Assembly: GCA_963765765.1 (NCBI GenBank)
Contig: CAVXYC010000023.1
Location: 320,001 to 384,000 of the forward strand
Origin: an uncultured Chloroflexia bacterium
Lineage (GTDB): Bacteria; Chloroflexota; UBA6077; JACCZL01
Direction: 5' to 3'
DNA length: 64,000 nt
In this document: piece after piece, positions 21,962 through 32,017 of the stretch
Numbering within the stretch: the first letter of the stretch is position 1
Layout of the letters: each line of letters begins with the position of its first letter
The notes under the pieces: model-generated
What the model saw: only the letters and a program-made list of their open reading frames with translations
Told to the model about the DNA's origin: nothing
Database searches by the model: none
Program-made: the position numbers and the translations under genes

Positions 21962-22056
21962 GATGAAGAATGAAGATGAAAATTAAGAATGGAGTATACG
22001 GACGCTGAGCACCCAGTCCATTCTTAATTTTGCATTCTTAATTCTTCATTCCTAAT
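21962..22056. repeat. Inverted arrays of degenerate heptamers (AATGAAG/AATTAAG)
   Basis: GATGAAG AATGAAG ATGAA AATTAAG AATGGA...TCCATT CTTAATT TTGCATT CTTAATT CTTCATT. Confidence 0.65.
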
Positions 22057-22058
22057 GG

Positions 22059-22844
22059 TCAGTCGATATAGAGCCCACCGTTGACGTCCATGACTTCCCC
22101 GGTGATGTAGCTCGCCCCATCGGAGAGGAAGAACGCCACGGCGTGCGCGATGTCCTCGGGCTTGCCCAGACGGCCGGCGGGAATGGCCGCCATGATCGCC
22201 TCCTGGTTCGGGCCAACCAGTCCATCCGCGGTCATGCCGGTGACGATGCGGCCCGGGCAGATGGCATTCGCGGTGATGTGCGGAGCAAGCTCCACGGCTA
22301 ATCCGCGGACGAGGCCAAGCATGCCGGCTTTGGCGGCGGCGTACGCGGTGCGCACGCGCGAATTGGGCAGCACCCCCACCTTTGCGCTCACGGAGGACAT
22401 GCACACGATGCGTCCGAACTGACCCTCGATCATGGCTGGCGCCACGGCTTGCGACCAGATGTAGGAGCCCTTCAGATGTACGGAGATCGTGCGATCGAAC
22501 GACTCTTCGCTGAGCTCCAGGATCGGATCGCGATTCGGAAGGCCGGCATTGTTGACCAGAGCATCAATGCGTCCGAACTTCTCGAGCACCTGCGCCACGA
22601 TTTCGCGCGCTCGGCGCTGATCGGAGACATCTGCCTGGAAGCTCATGGGTTCGGGCGCGTCCTTGATTGGCTGAGCTGTCTCCGCGGCAGCGTCCCCGTC
22701 CAAATCCACGGCGACAATGTGGAACCCTTGTTTCGTCAGGACTTCCTCGGGCCTGCGCTCATGTGCCAGGCGCTCCGCGACTGCCCGACCAATGCCGGCA
22801 CCTGCCCCGGTGACGATTGCAACCCTGTGATCAGTCTTACTCAT
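22059..22844 (-). CDS. SDR oxidoreductase (FabG-like)
   Basis: TGAGAGIG, NNAG, YAAAK, VNGG. Confidence 0.92.
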   Translation of the reverse strand: MSKTDHRVAIVTGAGAGIGRAVAERLAHERRPEEVLTKQGFHIVAVDLDGDAAAETAQPIKDAPEPMSFQADVSDQRRAREIVAQVLEKFGRIDALVNNAGLPNRDPILELSEESFDRTISVHLKGSYIWSQAVAPAMIEGQFGRIVCMSSVSAKVGVLPNSRVRTAYAAAKAGMLGLVRGLAVELAPHITANAICPGRIVTGMTADGLVGPNQEAIMAAIPAGRLGKPEDIAHAVAFFLSDGASYITGEVMDVNGGLYID

Positions 22845-22895
22845 AGTGGCCGAATCCTACGGGAGGGGTGTTGGAGCGTCAAACCCTCCCGCTCA

Positions 22896-23119
22896 CAGCA
22901 GAGCGGCATCCGCGTGAGGGTGCGGATCCTCCGCGACATCCCCTCCCACGGACAGAGCCGCGCACGTGAGTAAGCGGATCCTCTCCCGAGCACCTCATTC
23001 ATAGAGATCGTCAGAGGAACCGCTTATTCACGTGCGCGGCTCGGAGGCTGGTTGATGGATGTGATCGCGATTGAGGTTCTTCGAAGGGGTCCGCACCCAT
23101 ACGGGATGCGGCTCTGTTG
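22896..23119. repeat. Nested double inverted repeat (AGCCGC..CGTGAG..GCGG family)
   Basis: Outer arms 22896-22931 and 23086-23119; inner arms 22955-22977 and 23020-23042 (1 mismatch in 23). Confidence 0.7.
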
Positions 23120-23129
23120 CGGTTGGCGA

Positions 23130-23717
23130 CTACGCGTTGGCCGGCTTCCAGGGCTTGATCCATGGCGATTCTGGCCAGCCTTCCGCGCCGGCCATGAGCT
23201 CATACATGGTTGCTTTGTCGATGGACTCACGGACGATGTCAGCGTGACCGGCGTGGCGCGCGGCCTCCTCGACGAGGTGGAGAAGGACCCAGCGGACGGT
23301 CCAGGCCTCCATATCCTGCGGGTACCACGGCACCCCTTTGGGGATGGGAACGGGTTGGTTTAGGTCGCTGATGCCGTTGATTACTGCCTCCGTTTCGGCG
23401 GCCACTTCATCCATAAGCGCCAGCACGCTTTCCAGCGTCTCATCTGGAGTCAGAGCGAACCCCCGCGCGTAGTCGGACCACTTGTCCTCGTCGGAGCCGC
23501 CGCGATCGCGCTGCACGACCAGGTCGATCCAGCCTCGCTCCATTAGCGCAACGTGCTTGATGAGTCCTCCAACGGACAGAGCGCTCGCTGACGGGGCAAG
23601 CCTGATCTGTTCTTCGGTGAGACCGTAGGCGGCGTATCGGAGTCCATCCCGTTGCTGCTTGATGTAGGCAAGTAAGAGCGCGCGCTCATCAGTGAGAGGG
23701 GGAGCCTGGCCTGGCAT
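23130..23717 (-). CDS. DinB/DUF664 family protein
   Basis: SVGGLIKHV, RWVLLHLVEEAARHAGHADIVRE. Confidence 0.88.
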   Translation of the reverse strand: MPGQAPPLTDERALLLAYIKQQRDGLRYAAYGLTEEQIRLAPSASALSVGGLIKHVALMERGWIDLVVQRDRGGSDEDKWSDYARGFALTPDETLESVLALMDEVAAETEAVINGISDLNQPVPIPKGVPWYPQDMEAWTVRWVLLHLVEEAARHAGHADIVRESIDKATMYELMAGAEGWPESPWIKPWKPANA

Positions 23718-23767
23718 GTCGATGTACTCCTTTGCTGGTTCTGTTGGTGTTGCTGAATTGGGCAGAA

Positions 23768-24502
23768 TTATGCCGTGATGCCTTCGAGTATCTCGGCCAC
23801 AGCGATCGGTTGGGACAACATCGGCCAGTGGCCGGTGTCCAACTTAATCACATGCCACGGTGGCGTGTTGAGGGCCTGGAATCGGGGAATTGGCAAGGTC
23901 AGCAGATTTTGACCGTCCTCGCAGGCAACGATGATGCGCTGATAGGTTCCCTCGTCCGTGCCGTTTAGATGCAGCGGCTGCGTATACGTTTGGAACGGCT
24001 GATCGGCGGCGTGGCGCTGCATGAGGCTTCGATGCTCTGAGGTCAATCCGTTCAGGCTTGCGTTAGCGCCAAGCTCTTCAAACGAGGGGAACGGTAGGCG
24101 CCAGCCATCGCCGTACTCGGCCACTGCGCGCTCCAGATTCTCCCGCGCGGACGGTGGGTACGGATCCAGATGGCATTCGCCATCCAGGAACGGCGCTGAA
24201 TCGAGATACACCAGCGCGCTCAGCCGGGACCCGAGGCGATCGGCCGCGCCGGTGACAACCAGGCCGGCGTAGCTATGACCGACCAGTACAACGTCGATGA
24301 GCTCCTCGAATTCAAATAGATTCGTCACGTCGGTGATGTGCGTGTCGAGATTGATTTCGGGCCGTCCCAGATGCGCCCGCTCTCCGAGACCCGTGAGTGA
24401 GAGCGGATAGACATTGTGTCCGTGTGCGCGAAGATGCCTAGCGACATCTTTCCATGCCCACGCGCCGATCCAGGCGCCGCCAATCAGCACGTAGTTAGTC
24501 AT
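23768..24502 (-). CDS. Alpha/beta hydrolase (esterase-like)
   Basis: LVGHSYAG, LVYLDS, DTGHWPMLS. Confidence 0.9.
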   Translation of the reverse strand: MTNYVLIGGAWIGAWAWKDVARHLRAHGHNVYPLSLTGLGERAHLGRPEINLDTHITDVTNLFEFEELIDVVLVGHSYAGLVVTGAADRLGSRLSALVYLDSAPFLDGECHLDPYPPSARENLERAVAEYGDGWRLPFPSFEELGANASLNGLTSEHRSLMQRHAADQPFQTYTQPLHLNGTDEGTYQRIIVACEDGQNLLTLPIPRFQALNTPPWHVIKLDTGHWPMLSQPIAVAEILEGITA

Positions 24503-24550
24503 CTTTCACATCTCCTTCGGATCGGTTGACGGCATGGTCTCACGAGAAAC

Positions 24551-24569
24551 TGTCAGGATATGGCAGGAT
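24551..24569. promoter_or_regulatory. Candidate WYL-regulator operator
   Basis: Direct repeat TGTCAGGAT-A-TGGCAGGAT in the short divergent intergenic region. Confidence 0.45.
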
Positions 24570-24588
24570 TAGATGAGATCTTACGGGT

Positions 24589-25605
24589 ATGCGAGCAAGT
24601 CGACTGGTTTCCATCCTGATGCTCCTGCAGGGGCGGGGCAAGCTCACAGCGCAGCAGCTTGCCGATGAGCTCGAGGTCTCGATTCGAACGATTTACCGCG
24701 ATCTCGATGCGCTGGCCGCATCGGGGGTGCCGCTGTACGGCGATCGCGGCCCCGCCGGCGGCTACAACCTGGTGGATGGCTACCGCACCAGGCTGACCGG
24801 CCTAACGCCCGCGGAAGCCGAGGCCGTGTTTCTGGCAGGCCTGCACGGACCGGCCCAGGCGTTGGGTTTGGGGCCCAATTTGGCCGCTGCCGAGCAGAAG
24901 CTGCTGGCCGCTCTGCCGGTTGAGCTGCGAACGCGCGCAGGGCGCGTTACCGAGAGATTTCACCTGGATCCCGCCAACTGGTTCACCGACGCGGATGAGC
25001 CGGCGCACCTGATTGCTGTGGCGGAGTCGGTCTGGGAGCAGCGTGCCCTGCGTGTGCGGTATCGCCGCTGGCAGGGCGAAGTGCAGCGGACCCTCGAGCC
25101 GCTCGGCGTGGTGCTCAAGGGAGGTGCCTGGTACGTCGTCGCCTCGGTAGATGGTCAGATCCGTACTTACCGCGCGGCGCGTATTCTCGAGATCGAGCCG
25201 CTCGAACGATCATTTCGAGCGGCCCAGGGGGTTCGACCTGGCAGCGTTCTGGCAAACGTGGTCTGATGATTTCGAGGCGCGCAATCGTCAACATCATGCG
25301 CGCGTGCGCGTGTCACCTCACGGGCTGGCAATGATGGAGCATCTGTTTGGCTCGGCCATCATGCGCTCCGTACGGGAGAGTCAGGGGCCGGCGGACGCGG
25401 ATGGCTGGGTGTGCGTCTCCGTCCCCTGGAGTCGGCGGAGTACGCGTACACCGATCTGCTGCCATTTGGGGCAGAGATTGAAGTGATCACACCGCCGGAG
25501 CTACGCGAGCGGATGGCGGCGATTGTCGAGGCGATGACGAGGGTCTATCGAGCCAGCGCTTCTTCCGGCGATCTGCACCGCGCGGGTGTTCCGCGGGAAG
25601 TCTGA
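24589..25605 (+). CDS. HTH-WYL transcriptional regulator (YafY family); frameshifts
   Basis: MRASRLVSILMLLQ...EVSIRTIYRD; EPLGVVLKGGAWYVVA...RTYRAARI. Confidence 0.9.
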
Positions 25606-25690
25606 GGGCAAACGTCAACGGAGAGTCAGGCTCCCTCCCCGTGAGCGGGGCGGGGTGGGGCCCCACCGGTCGCCCCAGCCTCAGATGCCG

Positions 25691-26263
25691 CTACGTCCAG
25701 CTTCCCTCTCGCGACAACGCTTCCGACGCCAGCCCGAGCGCGGCGACGATTCCGAGCACTGGGGTTTCGCCGCGTCGGGCGGCTTCGAAGAGCTCAGGCA
25801 GCGTCAGCAGGTCGATGACCATGTCCTCCAGATCCCCGGAGGCCGGTTCGGCTACCTTACGCGCTCGTCGTGACAGGTAGATGTGCGCCTGGCCGCAGCC
25901 TCGATTCCCGTCTTCCACGAATGCGCCCAGGAATGACCAGTCCTCGGCTACGTAGCCGGTCTCCTCGAGCAGCTCGCGTTTGGCTGCGTCCATGGGGTCT
26001 TCACCTGGCTCGAGATAGCCGGCGGGAAGGTTTATGCAGACACGCCTGGGGCCGTGTTTGTAATTGCGCTCCACCACCACGCGGTTCTGGCTTGTGAGCG
26101 CGACAATGATCGCGTGGTCCGGCATGTCGATCGAATAGAACCCTTGCACTTGACGGCCATCGGGAAGCTCCACATCGTCGCCGTACAGTCGAAGCCAGGG
26201 ACGGGCGTCGTAGAGCTCGGTTCGCGTCCGGATGGTCCAGGGCTTCGGTAGTTCGCTGGACAT
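25691..26263 (-). CDS. NUDIX hydrolase (ADP-ribose pyrophosphatase-like)
   Basis: Nudix box GYLEPGEDPMDAAKRELLEETGY. Confidence 0.92.
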   Translation of the reverse strand: MSSELPKPWTIRTRTELYDARPWLRLYGDDVELPDGRQVQGFYSIDMPDHAIIVALTSQNRVVVERNYKHGPRRVCINLPAGYLEPGEDPMDAAKRELLEETGYVAEDWSFLGAFVEDGNRGCGQAHIYLSRRARKVAEPASGDLEDMVIDLLTLPELFEAARRGETPVLGIVAALGLASEALSREGSWT

Positions 26264-26303
26264 GGTGCTCCTGGTCGAGTCCTGAGTTGGGGCGGCGCTG
26301 CGA

Positions 26304-27110
26304 CTATGAATGAAGCAGCTTCAGCGCCGCCTCATGAATCGATCGATTTCTGGAATATACGGCGTTTCCATATACCGGGTGACTGATGCCGTCTGCCCCA
26401 CTGAAGACGCCGCCGGCCTCTTCGACAATCAGCGAAGGCGCTGCGTAATCCCAGACCTTGCCCGCGAGCTGGACGGCGAGATCGAGCTCGCCGGTTGCGA
26501 CGAGCAGGCCGGCGTGCACCCTCCACGGTGTAAGACGCGCGCTGGCCAGTAAGTCATCCACCATGGCCCGATACATCGGTGCTAGCGATTCGTAGGCGGG
26601 AACGACGCCGGTCCGACAGCCTTCGACCTTCGCCAAAGTTCGTTCAACGTGAAGCGGTTGAGGATTCAGAAGCCGGTCTTCGTGAATCTCGCCGACATAC
26701 GCGCCGCCGTCGCGCACCGCCCACCAAACTTTTCCGAGCGCGGGGACTGACGCGATGGCCACAGTAACGAGGCCATCCTCCTCCAAGGCGATAAGTGTCT
26801 GCCAGCTTGTATCGCCGCGCAGGAACACGGCGGTGCCGTCGATGCCGTCAAGGATCCAGCGCCTCTGGCTATTCCCGCTTTCGCCGGTCTCCTCGCCCAG
26901 GCAGGCATCGTTGGGCCGTTCGGAGAGAAGGATCGAGCGGACCGTTCCTTCAACTTGCCTATCGGCGTCGGTAACGTAGCTCCCGTCAGACTTGTACTCT
27001 ATCTGGAGCTCGCGAAGGCGTTGGAAAAAACCGAGCGCAACGGGCGCACTGACCAGAGCTGCTCGCTGCGCGAGGGCCAGGTCGGCGGCGCGATCCATTG
27101 AGGAGCTCAC
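26304..27110 (-). CDS. Inositol monophosphatase family (histidinol-phosphatase-like)
   Basis: VTDAD, GEE, WILDGIDGT, WDYAA..LIVEEAGG. Confidence 0.85.
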   Translation of the reverse strand: MSSSMDRAADLALAQRAALVSAPVALGFFQRLRELQIEYKSDGSYVTDADRQVEGTVRSILLSERPNDACLGEETGESGNSQRRWILDGIDGTAVFLRGDTSWQTLIALEEDGLVTVAIASVPALGKVWWAVRDGGAYVGEIHEDRLLNPQPLHVERTLAKVEGCRTGVVPAYESLAPMYRAMVDDLLASARLTPWRVHAGLLVATGELDLAVQLAGKVWDYAAPSLIVEEAGGVFSGADGISHPVYGNAVYSRNRSIHEAALKLLHS

Positions 27111-27192
27111 GAGCGCAGTCTACGGGATCGAGCGGTGGCTGCTCCCGCCCGAGACGCAAAGGAGGAAGTGTTCACAAGCAGGCGAGGTCAAT

Positions 27193-27311
27193 CGTAGCGC
27201 TGAGGCTCGTCCCCTGTGCCTGGAGCGCCACGAGCCACGGAATTCCCGAAGCGTTCACCGCGAATGCGTCAGCCCGAGCTCCAGGCGCAGGGGACAAGCC
27301 CCAGTGCTACG
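27193..27311. repeat. REPIN-like inverted pair of GTAG REPs (family C, related to B)
   Basis: 34-bp arms with 4 mismatches: CGTAGCGCTGAGGCTCGTCCCCTGTGCCTGGAGC. Confidence 0.75.
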
Positions 27312-27366
27312 GCGAGCGTCCGGTGGATCGTCCCTCGAATCTGAACTCTCACGCGAAGGAGCTACG

Positions 27367-29027
27367 CTAACTGTCCGAGCTGAGGGGTAGCTCCACGGTA
27401 ACAGTAGTGCCCCGCCCCACCTCACTATCGATTTCGGTGGAGCCGCCATGTTGAAGCACGATCTGCCGGACGCCCGCCAGGCCCAGTCCAGTTCCCTTAA
27501 TGCCGCCCACATTTCTTCCACGGCTATAGCGGTCGAAAATCTTGGGGAGGTCGTCCGGGGGGATGCCCACACCATGATCTGTCACTTGAATGCGGACCCA
27601 GGGCTCCTCGGAGCGATTCAACCGTGGTGAGCCTCAGAAGAATCTCCCCGCCGTCGGGACTGTATTTGATCGCGTTGCTGAGAAGATTGTCCAGCACTCG
27701 ACGCAGGCGAGGCCCATCGACGGTCCCGACGAGCTCTTCGTCAACTTCCACACGAATGGGGTGTGACTCGCTGCGCTCCTCATTGTCCGCCGCGGCGTCA
27801 CGGGCCAGCGCCGCGAGGTCCGTCGGTTCCAGGCGCATAGCCAGCTCGCGGTTGATGGCCAGGTACGCCAGGTCAACCAGGTCATCCAGGATTTGAACCA
27901 TCTGCCGAGTGGAGCCCTCAATTCGGTTAAGTCCGTCGAGCAACCGAGTTGTGTCTGGTCCGTCCAGTCGCGATGCGACTCGCTGAAGCATCTGCGCGTG
28001 ACCTCGGATGGCGGTAATAGGCGACTTCAGATCGTGAGAGACCGTTGCAACGAAGTCGTCCTTCTGCTGTTCCACCTGACTGATCTCAGTAATGTCCTGG
28101 AATGTGGCTACTGCTCCATCAACGGTGTCGTCCGCGCCACGGAGCTGAGCGCTACTGATCAGGATCGGAACATCCTCCCCGCTATCGGCCTTGCGAATCA
28201 GGATGCGCTCGCCGCGCACGGTCTCCCCGTTCAGGAGCGAGCGCGCAATCGGCATCTTGTCCAACGGGATCGGCGCACCATCCATCTCGCGCGGCATGAA
28301 CGATCCAATGACAGCGCCCATCGAGTCTTCGTTGGTGACGTCCACCCCAAGGATCTCCGCGCCGGCTGAATTGCAGAGAAGGAAACGCTGGTCCGCCCCG
28401 GCGAGGAGAACTCCCTCGGGCAGCACGTCCAGGATCTGGCGCAGACGAATCCGTTGGAGGAGCGTTTCACGATCGTCTGAGCTGTCGGGATCGCTGCTTC
28501 GCCTGCTGCTGACGCAAGGTGATCTCGGTCATGACCATGGACGCCAGGTCCTGGAGAATGTCGATTTCAGCGTCACTCCACGCTCGTGGGACACTGTCGA
28601 TCGCGGCAAGCGCTCCGATGACCTCTCCGCTGCTTAACTCCAGCGGGACTCCCAGGTAGGCCATTGCGCCAAGCTCATCCACGGCTCCGTTGTGAATGAC
28701 GGTCGATTCGAGCGAGGCATCGGGTACGACGAAGGGCTCTCTACGGTCTACAACGTACTGGCCCAGTGAATGGGAGAGCGGCACCTGACGTTGGGTACAC
28801 CAGGGATCGGGAAGTCCGACGCAGCTCTTGAAGAACTCACGATCCTTGTCCAGGAGAGAGATCAGCGCAACCGGTGCGTTCAGGACACGTGTGACCAGCC
28901 GAGTGATTCGGTCGAAGGCAAGCTCGGGTGGCGAGTCGAGCAGACCGGTCGTATGAAGGGCCGCCAGGCGGTCGCCATTCGCCAGACGGTCGCCATTGCT
29001 GATGTCAGGGAGCTGTGTCACAGCCAT
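27367..29027 (-). CDS. Sensor histidine kinase GAF-PAS-HisKA-HATPase; two frameshifts
   Basis: GAF FDRITRL...YLGVPL; H box SHDLKSP; N box NLLSNAIKYS; G boxes DHGVGI and GTGLGL. Confidence 0.88.
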
Positions 29028-29188
29028 GAAGCCCGCCTTCTCATGTCGAGAGTCGTCCGCAAGCCCTTGCAAAGGGCAAAGCCAGGGGCAAGAAACATGC
29101 CGACGCGACGTCGCGTCGGCATCGCCATGCGTTGACACTTCCGTAAACTGAATCGTACGCTGACCTCATTCTCCCGAAGGAAACAACC

Positions 29189-30394
29189 ATGCTCACCAGA
29201 GAAGCAAATGAACGCCTGACACGCATCGGCCCGGGTACGCCTATGGGCAACGTCATGCGCCGATACTGGTTCCCGATTGCCACGACGGCGGAGCTGAATA
29301 AGGAACCGGTTCTCGGGGTGAAGCTTCTTGGCGAGAGTCTGGCGCTATATCGATCGCCGGTTGGTGAGCTGGGCCTCGTGGCGGAGCGTTGCCCACACCG
29401 CGGCGCCAGCATGGTCTACGGCATCCCTGAGGATGGCGGTCTCCGATGCCCGTACCACGGCTGGAAGTTCTCCGAGGAGGGCGCGTGTCTGGAGCAACCC
29501 GCGGAGCCGGCCGAGAGCACGTTTAAACACCGGGTGCGCATTCCCGCGTATCCGGTTCAGGAGCTGGCTGGGATGATCTGGGCGTACCTTGGCCCGGCGC
29601 CGGCGCCACTACTCCCCCGCTGGGACATCCTGGTGCGGCCGGACCTCAATCGAGAGATTGGAATCACCCAGCTTCCGATCAACTGGCTGCAGGCGGCTGA
29701 GAACTCCATGGACCCGGTACATCTCGAGTACCTGCATGGCATGTACATGAACTACGTGCTGAAGAAACAGGGCAAGCAGCCCCAGGCATCTGTGCGCCAC
29801 CACGAGAAGATCGGGTTCGAGGTGTTCGAGTACGGCATCTACAAGCGCCGCTTGCTGACCGGCCAGACGGAGGACGTTGACGATTGGCGTGTCGGACATC
29901 CGCTGCTCTTCCCCGCCACGCTCTCATTGGGTACTCCGGATCGACCGCGGCTCGAGTTCCGTATCCCGCGCGACGATGAGCACACCATGGTCTACTCGCT
30001 GTTCACCCGCGCAGTCGGTCCGGATGAGACCGTGCGCCAGGAAGTTCCCGTCTACGAAGTGCCGTACGCGCATGAGGATGGCCGCCTGGTGGTGGAGACC
30101 GTGCTAGGTCAGGACATGATGACGTGGGTCACGCAAGGTTCGATCTCCGATCGCACCACCGAGCGACTGGGCTCATCCGATAAGGGAATCATTCTCTATC
30201 GCAGTGTCATGATGGAGCAGATCGAGAGAGTCGAACGTGGCGAAGATCCTCTCGGCGTCATTCGCGACCCGGCCCAGAACGAGGGTCTTTCAATCGGCCG
30301 AGAAGCGGGCGCCCACTACCAAACCGGCCGCTTCATGCCCGCCACCGACTACGAGGAAGCCCTGAATGTGGTGAGGTTGAAGCGGGAGATGTGA
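29189..30394 (+). CDS. Rieske non-heme iron oxygenase alpha subunit (LigX-like), paralog 2
   Basis: CPHR...CPYHGW; ENSMDPVHLEYLH; QD. Confidence 0.92.
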   Translation: MLTREANERLTRIGPGTPMGNVMRRYWFPIATTAELNKEPVLGVKLLGESLALYRSPVGELGLVAERCPHRGASMVYGIPEDGGLRCPYHGWKFSEEGACLEQPAEPAESTFKHRVRIPAYPVQELAGMIWAYLGPAPAPLLPRWDILVRPDLNREIGITQLPINWLQAAENSMDPVHLEYLHGMYMNYVLKKQGKQPQASVRHHEKIGFEVFEYGIYKRRLLTGQTEDVDDWRVGHPLLFPATLSLGTPDRPRLEFRIPRDDEHTMVYSLFTRAVGPDETVRQEVPVYEVPYAHEDGRLVVETVLGQDMMTWVTQGSISDRTTERLGSSDKGIILYRSVMMEQIERVERGEDPLGVIRDPAQNEGLSIGREAGAHYQTGRFMPATDYEEALNVVRLKREM

Positions 30395-30422
30395 GAGACT
30401 GGAGTGTCCGCCGTGGCACTCA

Positions 30423-30452
30423 TCGGTGGCGCGGGTCTCTGTACCCGCCAGT
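30423..30452 (+). repeat. Left REP flanking the RAYT
   Basis: TCGGTGGCGCGGGTCTCTGTACCCGCCAGT; GTGG tetramer plus hairpin; perfect inverted copy at 30916-30945. Confidence 0.85.
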
Positions 30453-30458
30453 GCGCAG

Positions 30459-30954
30459 ATGACTGAAGTTCGAATCTATAGGCGCCGGTCTTCCGCACTG
30501 GCGGATGGACGGCGCCATCTACTTCGTAACCTGGCGTCTCGCTCAATCGCAGCCGCGACTCGATGAAGAGGAGCGCACAATTATTGCCAACGCGCTGCGC
30601 TTCTTTGACGGTCAGCGGTATCTGCTCTACTCGTTTGTGGTTATGGACGATCACGTCCACGCAATCGTCCAGCCTCAGACTAGTTACAGGCTCGAGCAGC
30701 TCCTGAAGAGTTGGAAGGGCTTCACAGCGACAAGCCTGCTTAAAGCAACGGGCCGAACGATGCCACTGTGGCAGACCGAATACTATGACCGGATCATTCG
30801 GGATGCTCGCGAGCTCGATGAAAAGGTTCAATATGTGCTCGACAACCCGTTCCGTCGGTGGGGTAAAGCCGACTCGTACGAGTGGTGTGGCTTAGGTCAG
30901 GGATCAAGCAGTGATACTGGCGGGTACAGAGACCCGCGCCACCGAGGGGACTGA
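30459..30954 (+). mobile_element. REP-associated tyrosine transposase (RAYT, Y1 HUH); frameshift near 30490
   Basis: YRRR-LPHW..DGAIYFVTW, VMDDHVH (HUH), WQTEYYDRIIRD, YVLDNP (catalytic Tyr); flanked by inverted REPs. Confidence 0.88.
30916..30945 (-). repeat. Right REP flanking the RAYT
   Basis: Exact 30-bp reverse complement of 30423-30452. Confidence 0.85.
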
Positions 30955-30963
30955 TCTCACCTA

Positions 30964-31441
30964 CTAGTTACCCTCGTAAATCTGCTGAGCCAGATACCGC
31001 TCGAGGCCGATTTGCCTGATGGTCTCGAGCTGGGTTTCGAGCCAGTCCACGTGCTCTTCCTCGTCTCGAATGTCGCTTTCGAGAATGCCGCGGGTGGTGT
31101 AGTCGCCGACATCGGCGCAGTGGCGAATACCGGTCTGCGAGGGCGGCGAGCTGTTCTTTCTCGAGCTCCAGGGTGATCTGCAGATGCTCCAGGACGTTCT
31201 CTCCGACGCGTACGCGGCCCAACCTTTGAAGATTTGGCACGCCTTCCAGGTACAAGATGTGGTTGATCATCTTGTCCGCGTCCTGCATCTCTCCGATACT
31301 CAGCTCACGGAGCTTTTGGGCGAGACGCTCGTATCCCCAGTGCGAGCACATCCGCGATTGGATGAAATATTGATTGATCGCCGTGAGCTCGTTCGTGAGG
31401 ATCGTGTTGAGGTGCTCGATCACTCCCGGCTTAGCTTGCAT
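30964..31441 (-). CDS. bfr: Bacterioferritin; frameshift near 31130
   Basis: LTNELTAINQYF, EMQDAD, LYLEGVPNLQ, DEEEHVDWLETQL..I..IGLERYL. Confidence 0.92.
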
Positions 31442-31443
31442 TG

Positions 31444-31671
31444 TTACGTCCCGATGGCCGCATCGCCAGCCGCGCATAGGTTGACCGCTCCAGCATACGC
31501 TAGAGTGGGATCGCGAGGCGCGGTGGCGCACAACTCTCGCGCACATCGACCACAGCAGCCACGATCTCGTAGTCCGAGGGCGTTGATGAGCGCCGTGGGC
31601 GATTCGCTAATTGTTTGTCGAGCCTGTTCGAGATCAGATTCGGTGATGCCGCGACACAAACAGAAGTACAC
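31444..31671 (-). CDS. bfd: Bacterioferritin-associated [2Fe-2S] ferredoxin
   Basis: MYFCLCRGIT...CCGRC directly upstream of bfr. Confidence 0.8.
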   Translation of the reverse strand: MYFCLCRGITESDLEQARQTISESPTALINALGLRDRGCCGRCARELCATAPRDPTLAYAGAVNLCAAGDAAIGT

Positions 31672-31844
31672 GGCTACCCGACCAGGTGGCGAGTCGTGAC
31701 GACGGCGGCGATGCCCGCGACAGCCATCACCGCTCCGGTGAGCACCCGATACCAGTTGGGGACCGCCCCTCGGTATTGATTAAAGGTCCAGGAGCCAGCA
31801 GTCTTCGCGCTCACTCAAGTCTCCAGCGACTAATGGTGATCGTC

Positions 31845-31874
31845 AGTATATGCTAACTCTCAGCCATTGCACAA
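31845..31874 (-). promoter_or_regulatory. Candidate sigma70 promoter for bfd-bfr
   Basis: TTGTGC-N18-TATACT on the minus strand. Confidence 0.35.
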
Positions 31875-32017
31875 TACCTCATTTAACGATGCGCCCATTG
31901 ACTCCGGGCGTGTGCGTCTCGCAAGGTGACGCGGGCGGGCGATACGTTTCTGTGATCCCCACCTCGGGACATCGCTTGAGAATGCGTCACGCACGTTGCG
32001 GTTGGGACGTTGGCGGG

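Noticed and set aside
28963-28998. 18-bp tandem duplication in the kinase N-terminus (NGDRLA twice)
   Set aside because: In-frame, lies before the GAF domain and is probably neutral slippage.
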